Of a stretch of 64,000 nt of DNA, positions 38,508 through 48,126 are shown piece after piece. The translations under genes and the position numbers were made by a program. Under the pieces are notes generated by a model. It ran no database searches, was not told the DNA's origin, and saw only the letters and a list, made by a program, of their open reading frames with translations. Within the stretch, counting starts at the first letter, position 1. Every line of letters starts with the position of its first letter. Source of the stretch: Fidelibacterota bacterium MT.SAG.2 (GTDB lineage: Bacteria; Fidelibacterota; SORT01); NCBI GenBank assembly GCA_004402915.1, contig SORU01000003.1, positions 15,718 to 79,717 on the forward strand. The letters run 5' to 3'.

Positions 38508-39450
38508 TCTGGTTATAGGTTCGCGCGGCAGCGAACTTGCGCTATGGCAGGCTGAATGGGTAAAAAGCGAGCTCACCGATGCCTATCAAAATATTAAAAT
38601 CGAAATAAAAATCATCAAAACTAAGGGTGATCTGGTTCTTGACAAGCCTCTTACACTGATAGGAGGCAAGGGAGTATTTACCAAGGAGATCGAAGAGGCA
38701 TTGCTGACTGAAGAAATTGACATCGCCGTTCACTCGTGTAAAGATCTGCCTACACTGATGACGGAAGGATTAATGATCGGCGCAATACCGGTCCGTGAGA
38801 CACCGTCAGATGTCCTGATTACGGCAGATGGTGTAGGAATTGATTCACTAAAACCTAATTCAGTTATCGGTACGGGAAGTTTGAGACGTGCCGCGCAATT
38901 ATTATATAATCGTAAGGATTTGAAAACTGTTGACATTAGGGGCAACATTCCCACAAGGTTAAGAAAATTCAACGAATCAAACTGGGGGGGAATGATTTTA
39001 GCATACGCCGGACTAAAAAGATTGAATCTCTTAAATGAAAACTGTGTTGTCCTTGATCATAAAAATATGCTTCCGGCTGTAGCACAGGGGGCAATTGCAT
39101 TACAAATAAGAGCAGAAGATACACAAATATCCGATACCATATCGGTCTTGGATGACAAAGATTCTTCAGCTGCCGTAACCGCCGAACGGAGCCTTTTGAG
39201 GAGACTTGAGGGTGGTTGCCAGATTCCGATAGGTGCGATCAGCATAGTTGAAGATGGCGAATTGTCAATCGAATCCCAAATAACAAATCTAAACGGAACT
39301 GATGCTGTCAGAGACAAATTATCAGGACATCGTGATGATGCAGAACAGTTAGGTATTGAACTTGCAGAAAAATTGCTTCAAAACGGAGGTAAAGAAATAT
39401 TGAGAGAAATTGCAGAACTAACAAATATTAACCCTTTCCCGGAAGCATAG
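38497..39450 (+). CDS. hemC: Porphobilinogen deaminase
   Basis: 'GSRGSELALWQ', 'AVHSCKDLP' and 'LEGGCQIPIG'. Confidence 0.97.
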   Translation: MVDNLVIGSRGSELALWQAEWVKSELTDAYQNIKIEIKIIKTKGDLVLDKPLTLIGGKGVFTKEIEEALLTEEIDIAVHSCKDLPTLMTEGLMIGAIPVRETPSDVLITADGVGIDSLKPNSVIGTGSLRRAAQLLYNRKDLKTVDIRGNIPTRLRKFNESNWGGMILAYAGLKRLNLLNENCVVLDHKNMLPAVAQGAIALQIRAEDTQISDTISVLDDKDSSAAVTAERSLLRRLEGGCQIPIGAISIVEDGELSIESQITNLNGTDAVRDKLSGHRDDAEQLGIELAEKLLQNGGKEILREIAELTNINPFPEA

Positions 39451-39460
39451 AAATAAAAAA

Positions 39461-40303
39461 ATGAATAAGCCTTTAGATGATATTGGAGTATTGGTTACGC
39501 GCGCAGAACATCAACAATCTGATATTGCGTCGATGATTGAAAATGAAGGCGGAACCCCTTACTCAATTCCACTGATAAAAATTGACTCGCCTGAATCATG
39601 GGAAGACGCAGACTCAGCTATTAGTGAAATAGATTCCTACGATTGGATATTGTTTACGAGCGTTAATGCCGTTGACGGTTTTATTGGACGAGTAAAACAT
39701 ACCGGTAAAAATATAAGTCGTCTATTGCCTAAAAAGATTGCTGCTGTAGGCTCAAAGACAAGAAAAAGACTCGAAGATATTGGGTTGAAAGTATCTCTTC
39801 AACCGATAAAGTATGACGGTGACAATCTTTTAAAATCATTCGGAAAAGAAAATATATATGAAAAGAGAATACTTTTTCCCGGAGCGGAGTATGGCAGAGA
39901 GCGGTTGATTGACGGACTTGTCAAAATCGGAGCGATGGTGATTTCGGTTCCCGTTTACCGCACAATCCCGAACGATGATGTCGATTCGAATAAACTGATT
40001 TCGTTTTTAGAAGATGGCGTTATTCAGATTGCCACGTTTTTTAGCCCTTCGACCTTTAAAGTTTTCTTAAATCATCTTCCGCTTGAAGTCACTGAAAGCA
40101 CAATAAACAAATCGGTGGCGATAGCAGTGATAGGATCTACTACGTCAAAATATGTAAATGGATTGGGTTTCAACATAGATATTGTTCCGGAAGAACATAC
40201 TGTGTTCGGACTAATCGAAGCTATGAAAAGTTGGGTTCAGTCTTCTGGAGTCATTGAAAATAATCAAAAGAGACTGAAATTATCTGATACGCTGAATGAA
40301 TAA
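39461..40303 (+). CDS. hemD: Uroporphyrinogen-III synthase
   Basis: 'VLVTRAEHQ', 'LFTSVNAV' and 'FFSPST'; operon position. Confidence 0.9.
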   Translation: MNKPLDDIGVLVTRAEHQQSDIASMIENEGGTPYSIPLIKIDSPESWEDADSAISEIDSYDWILFTSVNAVDGFIGRVKHTGKNISRLLPKKIAAVGSKTRKRLEDIGLKVSLQPIKYDGDNLLKSFGKENIYEKRILFPGAEYGRERLIDGLVKIGAMVISVPVYRTIPNDDVDSNKLISFLEDGVIQIATFFSPSTFKVFLNHLPLEVTESTINKSVAIAVIGSTTSKYVNGLGFNIDIVPEEHTVFGLIEAMKSWVQSSGVIENNQKRLKLSDTLNE

Positions 40304-40315
40304 ACAGCCGGAACT

Positions 40316-41362
40316 ATGCAAAATTCACTGATCATTGATGCTATAAAAGGTAAGCCCATTCCCAGAACACCAGTCTGGATCATGAGACAGGCGGGAAGAT
40401 ATCTTCCTCAATACCGTGAACTAAGAGGGAAAGTAACTCTGCTTGAAGCATTTCATTCTCCGGAGATAGCAACGGAACTGACTCTTCAACCGGTTGAGTT
40501 GCTTGGAGTCGATGCCGCAATCATCTATTCGGATATCCTGCTGATTCCCGAAGCGTTGGGAATGTCTTTGGACTATATTCCGGGAAAAGGTCCTGTGTTT
40601 GAGGACCCACTACGGTTGGAACCGAATATTGAAAGGCTACGGATTAACTCTGATTTTGAGGAGCGACTTTCATTTGTCGCGGAGTCTATCAGAAGTGTGA
40701 AGGATAAGCTGGATAACTCAAAACCGCTGATTGGTTTTACCGGATCGCCGTGGACCCTTGCTGTTTATATGATAGAGGGAGAGAGTTCAAAAAGTTTCGT
40801 TAACGCCAAAACGTTTATATACAAGGAGCCCGATCTGTTCGAAGAGTTATTGGAACTGTTGACAGAGGCGGTAACCCGAAGTCTTAATTTACAAATAAGC
40901 GCGGGAGCCGATCTGGTTCAGCTGTTCGATTCTTGGGCGGGACTACTGAACCCGCAGCAATTCAGTGATATATCACTCGCCTCGATGAAAGAGGTAATCA
41001 AGAATTTGGATGGCAGTGTTCCGGTAATCGTTTTCGCCAAGGGCGCGGCTCACAGCCTTGACGTCTTAGCCGACATCGGCGCTGATTGTCTAGGAATTGA
41101 TTGGGGAACAAGTCTTACCAATTCAAAAAGTATCGTAAACAACAGGGTAGCCCTTCAGGGGAATTTAGATCCTGTAGTGCTGCTTTCAAACCCTGAAACA
41201 GTTAGGAAAGAAACGATAAGAGTTCTTGAGGCGTATGGAGAAGGGAATGGGCATATATTCAATCTTGGGCACGGGATACTGCCCGAAACACCGGTGGAAA
41301 ATGTGAAAACGTTGATCGAGACGGTCAGATCGGAAAGTGGTAAATACCATAAAGAAAGTTGA
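40316..41362 (+). CDS. hemE: Uroporphyrinogen decarboxylase
   Basis: 'PVWIMRQAGRYLPQY' and 'FNLGHGILP'. Confidence 0.97.
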   Translation: MQNSLIIDAIKGKPIPRTPVWIMRQAGRYLPQYRELRGKVTLLEAFHSPEIATELTLQPVELLGVDAAIIYSDILLIPEALGMSLDYIPGKGPVFEDPLRLEPNIERLRINSDFEERLSFVAESIRSVKDKLDNSKPLIGFTGSPWTLAVYMIEGESSKSFVNAKTFIYKEPDLFEELLELLTEAVTRSLNLQISAGADLVQLFDSWAGLLNPQQFSDISLASMKEVIKNLDGSVPVIVFAKGAAHSLDVLADIGADCLGIDWGTSLTNSKSIVNNRVALQGNLDPVVLLSNPETVRKETIRVLEAYGEGNGHIFNLGHGILPETPVENVKTLIETVRSESGKYHKES

Positions 41363-42759
41363 TGATGGAAAATAATAATAATAAATCTACACTGTTTGAT
41401 GCGGAGCTTATTAAACGTTACTCAAAACCGGGACCAAGATATACGAGTTATCCCACAGCTCCTATGTTTAGCGAAGCAATAGGACCAAACGAATTTCGGA
41501 ATGAGATTGCCGAAACGAATAACTCTTTAGAGCCTGCGGATCTTTCGCTCTATTTTCACATTCCGTTTTGTGATACGCTTTGCTATTTCTGTGCCTGTAA
41601 CATGTTGATTACCCACGACGATGACAAAAAAGAGAACTATCTCCGATATCTGAAAAAAGAGATCGATATGATCGCGGAACTGACCAAAAGTGACCGCAAG
41701 GTATCACAGATGCATTGGGGGGGAGGAACGCCGAGCTATCTTCCTCCGTCGCAGATAGTGAGTCTGGGAAAATATATTCGTGAAAGTTTCACTTTTGATG
41801 ATGATGCGGAAGTGAGTGTGGAAATTGATCCGAGGGGACTGACCCGCGAGCATCTCGAAGCCTTTAAAGAGATCGGCTTTAACCGAATAAGTATGGGTGT
41901 TCAGGATTTCGATCCTGAGGTTCAGGAGGCGATAAACAGAATACAGCCGGAGGATATGACGATTCAGGTAGTAGACTGGTGCAGGGAGTTAGGATTTAAA
42001 AGCATTAATTTAGACCTTATCTATGGACTGCCGCATCAGAACGTCGAAAAGTTTCGTAAAACGGTTAGATCGGTTATTGACATAAAACCGGATAGGATAG
42101 CCACTTTTAACTACGCTCATGTTCCATGGATGAAAAAACATCAAACTATCATCAAAGATGAATGGCTTCCAAGCACGGATGAGAAACTCAAATTGCTCCA
42201 CCTGGTGATTGATGAATTTACTTCTGCGGGTTATGAATTCATCGGGATGGATCACTTCGCATTCCCCGAAGATGAAATCGTTGTCGCTCAGAATAATGGT
42301 ACACTCCACAGAAACTTTCAGGGATATTCGACGAAAAAGGGATGTGACCTAATCGCAATGGGAATTACGGGGATCAGTGAAGTTGGTGATATATACGCTC
42401 AGAACGTAAAAACTTTGGATGAATATTATGAAATTATCGATAGCGGCGAGCTTACTACTTTTAAAGGTTACAAACTCAGCCACGAAGACCAGCTGAGAAA
42501 AGAGATCATCATGCAGTTGATGTGCCATTTTTATTTAGATAAAAAGTCAATCGGTGATGCCTACAATCTGAGTTTTGATGAACACTTTTCAGATGCGCTT
42601 GAAGCAATGGAGCCGATGAGAGAAGACGGTCTATTGGAAATTACGGAAGAGAGCATAACGGTTTTACCGGTCGGCAGGTTGCTCATAAGAAATATCACGA
42701 TGGCATTTGATGAATATCTGACAGATAAGAAGGAAAAGAAATTTTCAAAGACCATATGA
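41359..42759 (+). CDS. hemN: Oxygen-independent coproporphyrinogen III dehydrogenase (radical SAM)
   Basis: 'GPRYTSYPTA', 'CDTLCYFC' CxxxCxxC and 'LHRNFQGYST'. Confidence 0.95.
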   Translation: MMMENNNNKSTLFDAELIKRYSKPGPRYTSYPTAPMFSEAIGPNEFRNEIAETNNSLEPADLSLYFHIPFCDTLCYFCACNMLITHDDDKKENYLRYLKKEIDMIAELTKSDRKVSQMHWGGGTPSYLPPSQIVSLGKYIRESFTFDDDAEVSVEIDPRGLTREHLEAFKEIGFNRISMGVQDFDPEVQEAINRIQPEDMTIQVVDWCRELGFKSINLDLIYGLPHQNVEKFRKTVRSVIDIKPDRIATFNYAHVPWMKKHQTIIKDEWLPSTDEKLKLLHLVIDEFTSAGYEFIGMDHFAFPEDEIVVAQNNGTLHRNFQGYSTKKGCDLIAMGITGISEVGDIYAQNVKTLDEYYEIIDSGELTTFKGYKLSHEDQLRKEIIMQLMCHFYLDKKSIGDAYNLSFDEHFSDALEAMEPMREDGLLEITEESITVLPVGRLLIRNITMAFDEYLTDKKEKKFSKTI

Positions 42760-43748
42760 GCAATATTTCAGAGAAATTCGCTGTTGTATTACTGAATTTG
42801 GGCGCGCCCGAGTCTTTGGATGACGTAAAGCCATTTTTACGTAATCTATTCAATGATCCTGATATAATTGACCTGCCTATGGGGAAGATCCTTCGTCCTA
42901 TTTTAGCTTGGAACATTACGAGAAAACGGCTGCCTGAATCAATGGAGATATATGAGAATATCGGGGGAGGCTCGCCCTTACGCGAACTATCACAAAAACA
43001 AGCAGAAGCTCTCGAATCTAAGCTAAGAGAAAACGGCAGGTTCAAAGTTTATATAGCAATGCGATATTGGCATCCGTTTACGAAGAGCACAGTAGAGGAC
43101 CTGATCACAGAAGGAATAAAAAAGGTGATTCTTCTCCCATTATATCCACAGTACTCTATCACATCTACGGGTTCAAGTCTACATGAATTTGAACGGGTCA
43201 TAAAAAAAGGGAAAGATTCAGAGATAGATTTCAGACTCATACATGACTACCATGATTTTCCTTCTTATATCAATGCGCTCACAGAGAGAATCCTGGAAGG
43301 TATCGAAAAATTTAACGGTGTCGGAGATGATGATATGCATCTTTTGTTTAGCGCGCATGGAGTACCGCTAAGCGTGATAGAAAAAGGGGATCCTTATGAA
43401 AAGCAGGTGCGTGCTACGGTCGACTTGGTCGTCTCTAAGCTTGAGAACAAATATCATCATTCGATTAGTTTCCAGAGTAGGGTTACCAAGGTAGAATGGC
43501 TTGGTCCGGCTACTGACAAGATCATACCGGAACTCGGAAAAAATGGGGTGAAAAACCTGCTCGTAATTCCGGTCGCTTTCGTTAATGACCACTCAGAAAC
43601 CCTATTTGAACTCGGCATATTTAACCGTAATTTAGCGACCAAGGCAGGCATAGAAAGGTATGAGGTCATGCCGGCATTGAACGATTCTCCGAAATTTATC
43701 AGTGCCTTGAAAGAATTAGTTCTTCAGAGGATTGAATCCTGGAACTGA
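42756..43748 (+). CDS. hemH: Ferrochelatase
   Basis: 'LLNLGAPE', 'IGGGSPL', 'FSAHG' and 'DHSETLFEL'. Confidence 0.95.
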   Translation: MSNISEKFAVVLLNLGAPESLDDVKPFLRNLFNDPDIIDLPMGKILRPILAWNITRKRLPESMEIYENIGGGSPLRELSQKQAEALESKLRENGRFKVYIAMRYWHPFTKSTVEDLITEGIKKVILLPLYPQYSITSTGSSLHEFERVIKKGKDSEIDFRLIHDYHDFPSYINALTERILEGIEKFNGVGDDDMHLLFSAHGVPLSVIEKGDPYEKQVRATVDLVVSKLENKYHHSISFQSRVTKVEWLGPATDKIIPELGKNGVKNLLVIPVAFVNDHSETLFELGIFNRNLATKAGIERYEVMPALNDSPKFISALKELVLQRIESWN

Positions 43749-45160
43749 CTATTTCCGACACTGTCCCGGTAGTAATAATCGGTGGGGGCATTTCCGGTTT
43801 GTCGACCGCATTCTGGCTTGATAATTTCGGAATTCCCGTTTCTTTATTCGAGGCTGACGAAAGGGTCGGCGGAGTGATCAACACAACTTTGAAAGATGGA
43901 TTTCTCATCGAACACGGGCCATCGACACTTCAAGGAAGAACAAATGAACTATTGGAAACGATTGATGCAGCCGGCTTAAAAGACGAAGTGCTGTACGCAA
44001 ACGATATTCAGAAATACCGTTATATCCTGAAGAGAGGAAAACCCGTTCCTATTCCGCTCAGTCCGGTATCGTTCGCGACCACTAATTTGTTTTCTCTTTC
44101 CGCCAAGTTGAGACTTTTGGGGGAACCTTTCATAAAACCTTCCGGCGAAACAGATGAATCGGTAGCTGATTTTGTGATCAGGCGCTTGGGCAAAGAAATT
44201 CTTGACTACGCAGTGGCGCCGTTCGTGGGGGGTATTTATGCGGGTGATCCGGAAAAAATCAGCTTACGGAGCACATTCCCGAGACTGCATGCCTTAGAAA
44301 GAGAGTATGGGAGCGTGATAGGCGGTATGGTGAAAAAAATGTTCGATAAGTCAAAAAGTCCCCGTCCGAAGCTCTTCTCGTTCAGAAATGGACTTAAGAC
44401 TCTGCCGGAAAAGTTGGCGAATATTCTTGGAGATAAGGCAGAGACGAAATCCGAAGTTAAAAATATATTACCCCCGAATGAATCCGCTTCTTGCTATGAA
44501 GTAACAGTGGAAAAAGGTGGAACGACGAAAATAATTAAAGCTGATTCGGTAGTTGTTTCCACTCCGTCATTTCAAACGGCGAAACTAATAGAACCGTTTT
44601 CGTCAGACGCGGTAAATGATTTACGAACAATCGAATATACCCCTATGGCTGTTGTGGCATTGGGTTACAAACGGAAGGATATCGAACATCCCCTTAACGG
44701 ATTCGGAATGTTATCTCCGCCGTGTGAACCTCATAAGTTTCTCGGATCTCTTTGGACTTCAAGTATTTTCATCGGACGGGCTCCTGACGGCAGCGTGTTA
44801 CTCACCAATTTTATCGGTGGGAGCAGGCATCCCGAACTGACTGAATTGGAACCGGAAAAACTTGCTGAACTGGTTCATTCGAGCTTAGAAAAACTCCTCG
44901 GCATCAGAGCGAAACCGATATTAAAGGAAGTATACATACAAAAGAAAGCCATTCCGCAATACACAATCGGCTATCATGAGAAAATGAATTCGTTGGAAGA
45001 AGTCGAGCGAAAATATCCCGGACTTTACATCACCGGAGCGTTTAGGGGGGGTGTATCCGTTGAAGATTGTATCGCGAATGGCAAAGCTACGGCGGTTAAA
45101 ATATCCGAGAACTTTTCAAAACAAAACAATGTCCCTTTGAGGGAGGCAATAGATGTTTAA
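43745..45160 (+). CDS. hemY: FAD-dependent protoporphyrinogen oxidase (HemY type); start probably CTG (43745 or 43739)
   Basis: FAD motif 'VVIIGGGISGL' lies upstream of the first TTG (43799); 'EADERVGG', 'GGIYAGDP' and 'AIPQY'. Confidence 0.88.
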   Translation: MTISDTVPVVIIGGGISGLSTAFWLDNFGIPVSLFEADERVGGVINTTLKDGFLIEHGPSTLQGRTNELLETIDAAGLKDEVLYANDIQKYRYILKRGKPVPIPLSPVSFATTNLFSLSAKLRLLGEPFIKPSGETDESVADFVIRRLGKEILDYAVAPFVGGIYAGDPEKISLRSTFPRLHALEREYGSVIGGMVKKMFDKSKSPRPKLFSFRNGLKTLPEKLANILGDKAETKSEVKNILPPNESASCYEVTVEKGGTTKIIKADSVVVSTPSFQTAKLIEPFSSDAVNDLRTIEYTPMAVVALGYKRKDIEHPLNGFGMLSPPCEPHKFLGSLWTSSIFIGRAPDGSVLLTNFIGGSRHPELTELEPEKLAELVHSSLEKLLGIRAKPILKEVYIQKKAIPQYTIGYHEKMNSLEEVERKYPGLYITGAFRGGVSVEDCIANGKATAVKISENFSKQNNVPLREAIDV

Positions 45161-46127
45161 ACTTAATCGTAGACCGAGACGGCTGAGAAGAACTGCAGCG
45201 ATCAGAGACCTCGTCCGTGAAACAAAGTTAAGCCCGGATGATTTTGTGCAGCCTTACTTTATCGTGGAAGGCGAATCTGTACGTAACCCGATCGATTCGC
45301 TTCCGGGACAATTTCAACTTTCAATAGACGAGCTGATCAAGGATGCGGAAGAGACGTTCTCTCTCGGTATAAAAGCGGTGATCCTTTTCGGTATCCCAAA
45401 AGATAAAGACTCAACCGGTTCTGAGACGTGGGATGACAACGGTATTATACAGAGGGCGGCGAAGGCTTTGAAAACATCTATTCCGGAGCTATTGGTTATT
45501 TCTGACGTTTGCTTTTGCGAATACACCGATCACGGTCATTGTGGAGTGATCACCGAAAACGGAGAACTTGATAACGATGCTACATTGTTAAACTTGCAGA
45601 AGCAGGTGGTCTCGCATGCGAAAGCCGGTGTTGACATAGTTGCCCCTTCAGGCATGATAGACGGTATGGTCGGCGCTATACGAACCGCTCTTGATGATGA
45701 AGGCTATATATCAACTCCGATACTCAGCTATGCGGCCAAGTTTTCATCTTCGTTTTATGGACCGTTCCGCGAAGCGGTAGATTCATCGCCTCAATTTGGC
45801 GACCGAAAAGCATATCAATTGGATCCGGCAAATCGCAGGGAAGCTCTGAAGGAAGTAGAACTCGATGTGGAAGAGGGGGCAGATATTATAATGGTAAAAC
45901 CGGCTCTGCCTTATCTTGACCTGATACGGGAGGTAAGAGAGAGATGGGATCTGCCGGTAGCGGCGTATAACGTCAGCGGCGAGTATGCAATGATAAAAGC
46001 CGCTTCGGAGCGAGGCTGGCTGGACGGTGATGCGGCAATGCTTGAATCTCTTATTTCTATCAAACGGGCTGGAGCAGCTATTATTTTGACATATTTCGCG
46101 AAAGAAGCAGCAAAGAAGATCTCATGA
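45153..46127 (+). CDS. hemB: Delta-aminolevulinic acid dehydratase (Zn-type)
   Basis: 'DVCFCEYTDHGHC', 'FYGPFREA' and 'MVKPALPY'. Confidence 0.97.
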   Translation: MFKLNRRPRRLRRTAAIRDLVRETKLSPDDFVQPYFIVEGESVRNPIDSLPGQFQLSIDELIKDAEETFSLGIKAVILFGIPKDKDSTGSETWDDNGIIQRAAKALKTSIPELLVISDVCFCEYTDHGHCGVITENGELDNDATLLNLQKQVVSHAKAGVDIVAPSGMIDGMVGAIRTALDDEGYISTPILSYAAKFSSSFYGPFREAVDSSPQFGDRKAYQLDPANRREALKEVELDVEEGADIIMVKPALPYLDLIREVRERWDLPVAAYNVSGEYAMIKAASERGWLDGDAAMLESLISIKRAGAAIILTYFAKEAAKKIS

Positions 46128-47434
46128 CCAACGGTATTTCTCTTCAAAGAAGCGAGGAGTTTTTCCATAGGGCGGAGAATGTTATTCCAGGCGGCGTTAA
46201 TTCTCCCGTAAGGGCATTCGGGGTGGTCGGAGGAACTCCCCCATTCATTTCCAGCGCGAAAGGTTCCAAAATTTATGACATTGACGGGAATGAATACATT
46301 GATTATGTCTGTTCCTGGGGACCGCTAATACTCGGTCATGCCCATCCGGCTGTGGTAGAGGCAATTAAAGATGCGGCGGAGAAAGGCTCAAGTTTTGGAG
46401 CGCCAACGGAGAACGAAATACTTTTGGCTGAAAAGATAGTAGAAGCGGTGCCGTCAATCGAAAAGGTAAGGTTGGTCAGTTCGGGAACAGAAGCGACCAT
46501 GAGCGCTGTCAGATTATCGAGGGCAGCTACCGGTCGTGATAAAATAGTGAAATTCACAGGTTGTTATCACGGGCATGCGGATAGTTTCCTTGTTCAAGCC
46601 GGTTCAGGAGCGCTGACATTTGGCGAGCCAAGCAGTCCGGGAGTGCCAAGCAGCGTTACAAATGATACGCTGGTCTCTCTCTATAACGACCTCGATTCAT
46701 TAGATAAGCTATTATCGCAAAATAAGGGAGAAATAGCGGCGATAATCGTGGAACCGGTTGCCGCAAACATGGGTTGTATTCCTCCTAAAGAAGGATTTCT
46801 TGCGGGCTTGAGGGAACGTTGTGATGCCGAGGGTATCCTTCTGATCTTTGATGAGGTGATAACCGGATTTCGGGTGGCATTTGGCGGAGCGCAGGAACTC
46901 TATGGGGTAATGCCAGATATTACAACTCTCGGAAAGATAATCGGGGGTGGTCTTCCTGTTGGAGCTTACGGAGGTAAGAGCGACTTGATGAATATGATCG
47001 CTCCTTCAGGTTCAGTATATCAGGCGGGAACGCTTTCGGGCAATCCGTTGGCTACTTCAGCGGGATTGGTAGTTTTGAATGAACTGTCAAAACCCGGAAC
47101 ATATGAGAAATTGGAAAAGAGATCTTCCGACTTGGAAACGGGACTTAAAGATGCAATTGAAACGCTGAAAGTGAACGCAATTGTCCAGCGCGTTGGTTCC
47201 TTACTTTGCATTTATTTTACGGATGAACCGATAGAGAAATTAGAAGATATTCCTGACAACGTCGCAGAGAGATATAAGCGTTATTTTCATTCCATGCTTG
47301 AATCCGGAGTTTACCTCGCCCCTTCGGCATATGAAGCGATGTTTGTCTCTCTTGCGCATTCAACTGATGATATAGAATCTACAATTAAGAAAAGCATCTA
47401 TGCTCTCGAAAATTCGAGACAAATTGAAGAATAA
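46124..47434 (+). CDS. hemL: Glutamate-1-semialdehyde 2,1-aminomutase
   Basis: 'IPGGVNSPVRAF', 'FDEVITGFR' and 'TLGKIIGGGLP'. Confidence 0.97.
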   Translation: MTNGISLQRSEEFFHRAENVIPGGVNSPVRAFGVVGGTPPFISSAKGSKIYDIDGNEYIDYVCSWGPLILGHAHPAVVEAIKDAAEKGSSFGAPTENEILLAEKIVEAVPSIEKVRLVSSGTEATMSAVRLSRAATGRDKIVKFTGCYHGHADSFLVQAGSGALTFGEPSSPGVPSSVTNDTLVSLYNDLDSLDKLLSQNKGEIAAIIVEPVAANMGCIPPKEGFLAGLRERCDAEGILLIFDEVITGFRVAFGGAQELYGVMPDITTLGKIIGGGLPVGAYGGKSDLMNMIAPSGSVYQAGTLSGNPLATSAGLVVLNELSKPGTYEKLEKRSSDLETGLKDAIETLKVNAIVQRVGSLLCIYFTDEPIEKLEDIPDNVAERYKRYFHSMLESGVYLAPSAYEAMFVSLAHSTDDIESTIKKSIYALENSRQIEE

Positions 47435-47446
47435 AGCAACTAAAAT

Positions 47447-47629
47447 ATGAAATTTTTACTGCCGTTATTTATTATCGAATGGGTAAAATTGCTTCGCGAA
47501 GAAGGTTTTAAAGTGTTTGTCAAGAAAAGAGGCTGGAAGGTTTTTTGGACTATTGTCATATTCTATGCTATCCGTGACGGGATTCTTTATATCCTGATAC
47601 CGTTTCTAATTTATATCGGACTGTTCTGA
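47447..47629 (+). CDS. 60-aa hypothetical membrane protein at the end of the hem operon
   Basis: 12 nt after the hemL stop; basic amphipathic middle and hydrophobic C-terminus. Confidence 0.6.
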   Translation: MKFLLPLFIIEWVKLLREEGFKVFVKKRGWKVFWTIVIFYAIRDGILYILIPFLIYIGLF

Positions 47630-47823
47630 TAAATTTTAAAGCTGCATTTCCTTCAAGTATAAGAATGTGAACATCGACCATGATTTCTAAAATCACCACC
47701 TAAAAGAAGCATCAATTGATGGTTGTTGGTGCAATATAATTCCCCAAAACGTGTATGTGCGTAAGTTAAGAGAAAATTATTTGGAGGAGTTCAAATGCAG
47801 TACGCCCGGGTGCCTCGGAGAGG

Positions 47824-47867
47824 CTCCTCTGGAGGACTCTCTCAGAGAAACTCCCTTGGAGGAACCA
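47824..47867 (+). repeat. REP-like triple mini-hairpin
   Basis: CTCC-TCT-GGAG, TCTC-TCA-GAGA, CTCC-CTT-GGAG; related copies at 9401-9435 (inverted) and 20304-20330. Confidence 0.65.
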
Positions 47868-48126
47868 CCGGCCAATGGCCTAAAAGAACAGCGAACTATA
47901 CTATGAATCAGCCACTTACGGGGATATAGCACTCAAAAGTGACATTTATTTTGGAATATTGATTATAACAGAACGGAAAGAAAGCCTCACGACTCCTTAC
48001 TCGAAATATATTCCCATTAGTCACCGTTTACGAAAAACATTTTTAGTGATATCTTAGGTCTTTATGAGTAACATAGAAGGTGGGCAAAATGAGGGCTGGT
48101 CACCATTAACTGGGTGAATAAATAGT

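Noticed and set aside
6981-47870. Dispersed repeats as a CRISPR array
   Set aside because: Copies are kilobases apart, degenerate and irregularly spaced; no cas genes.
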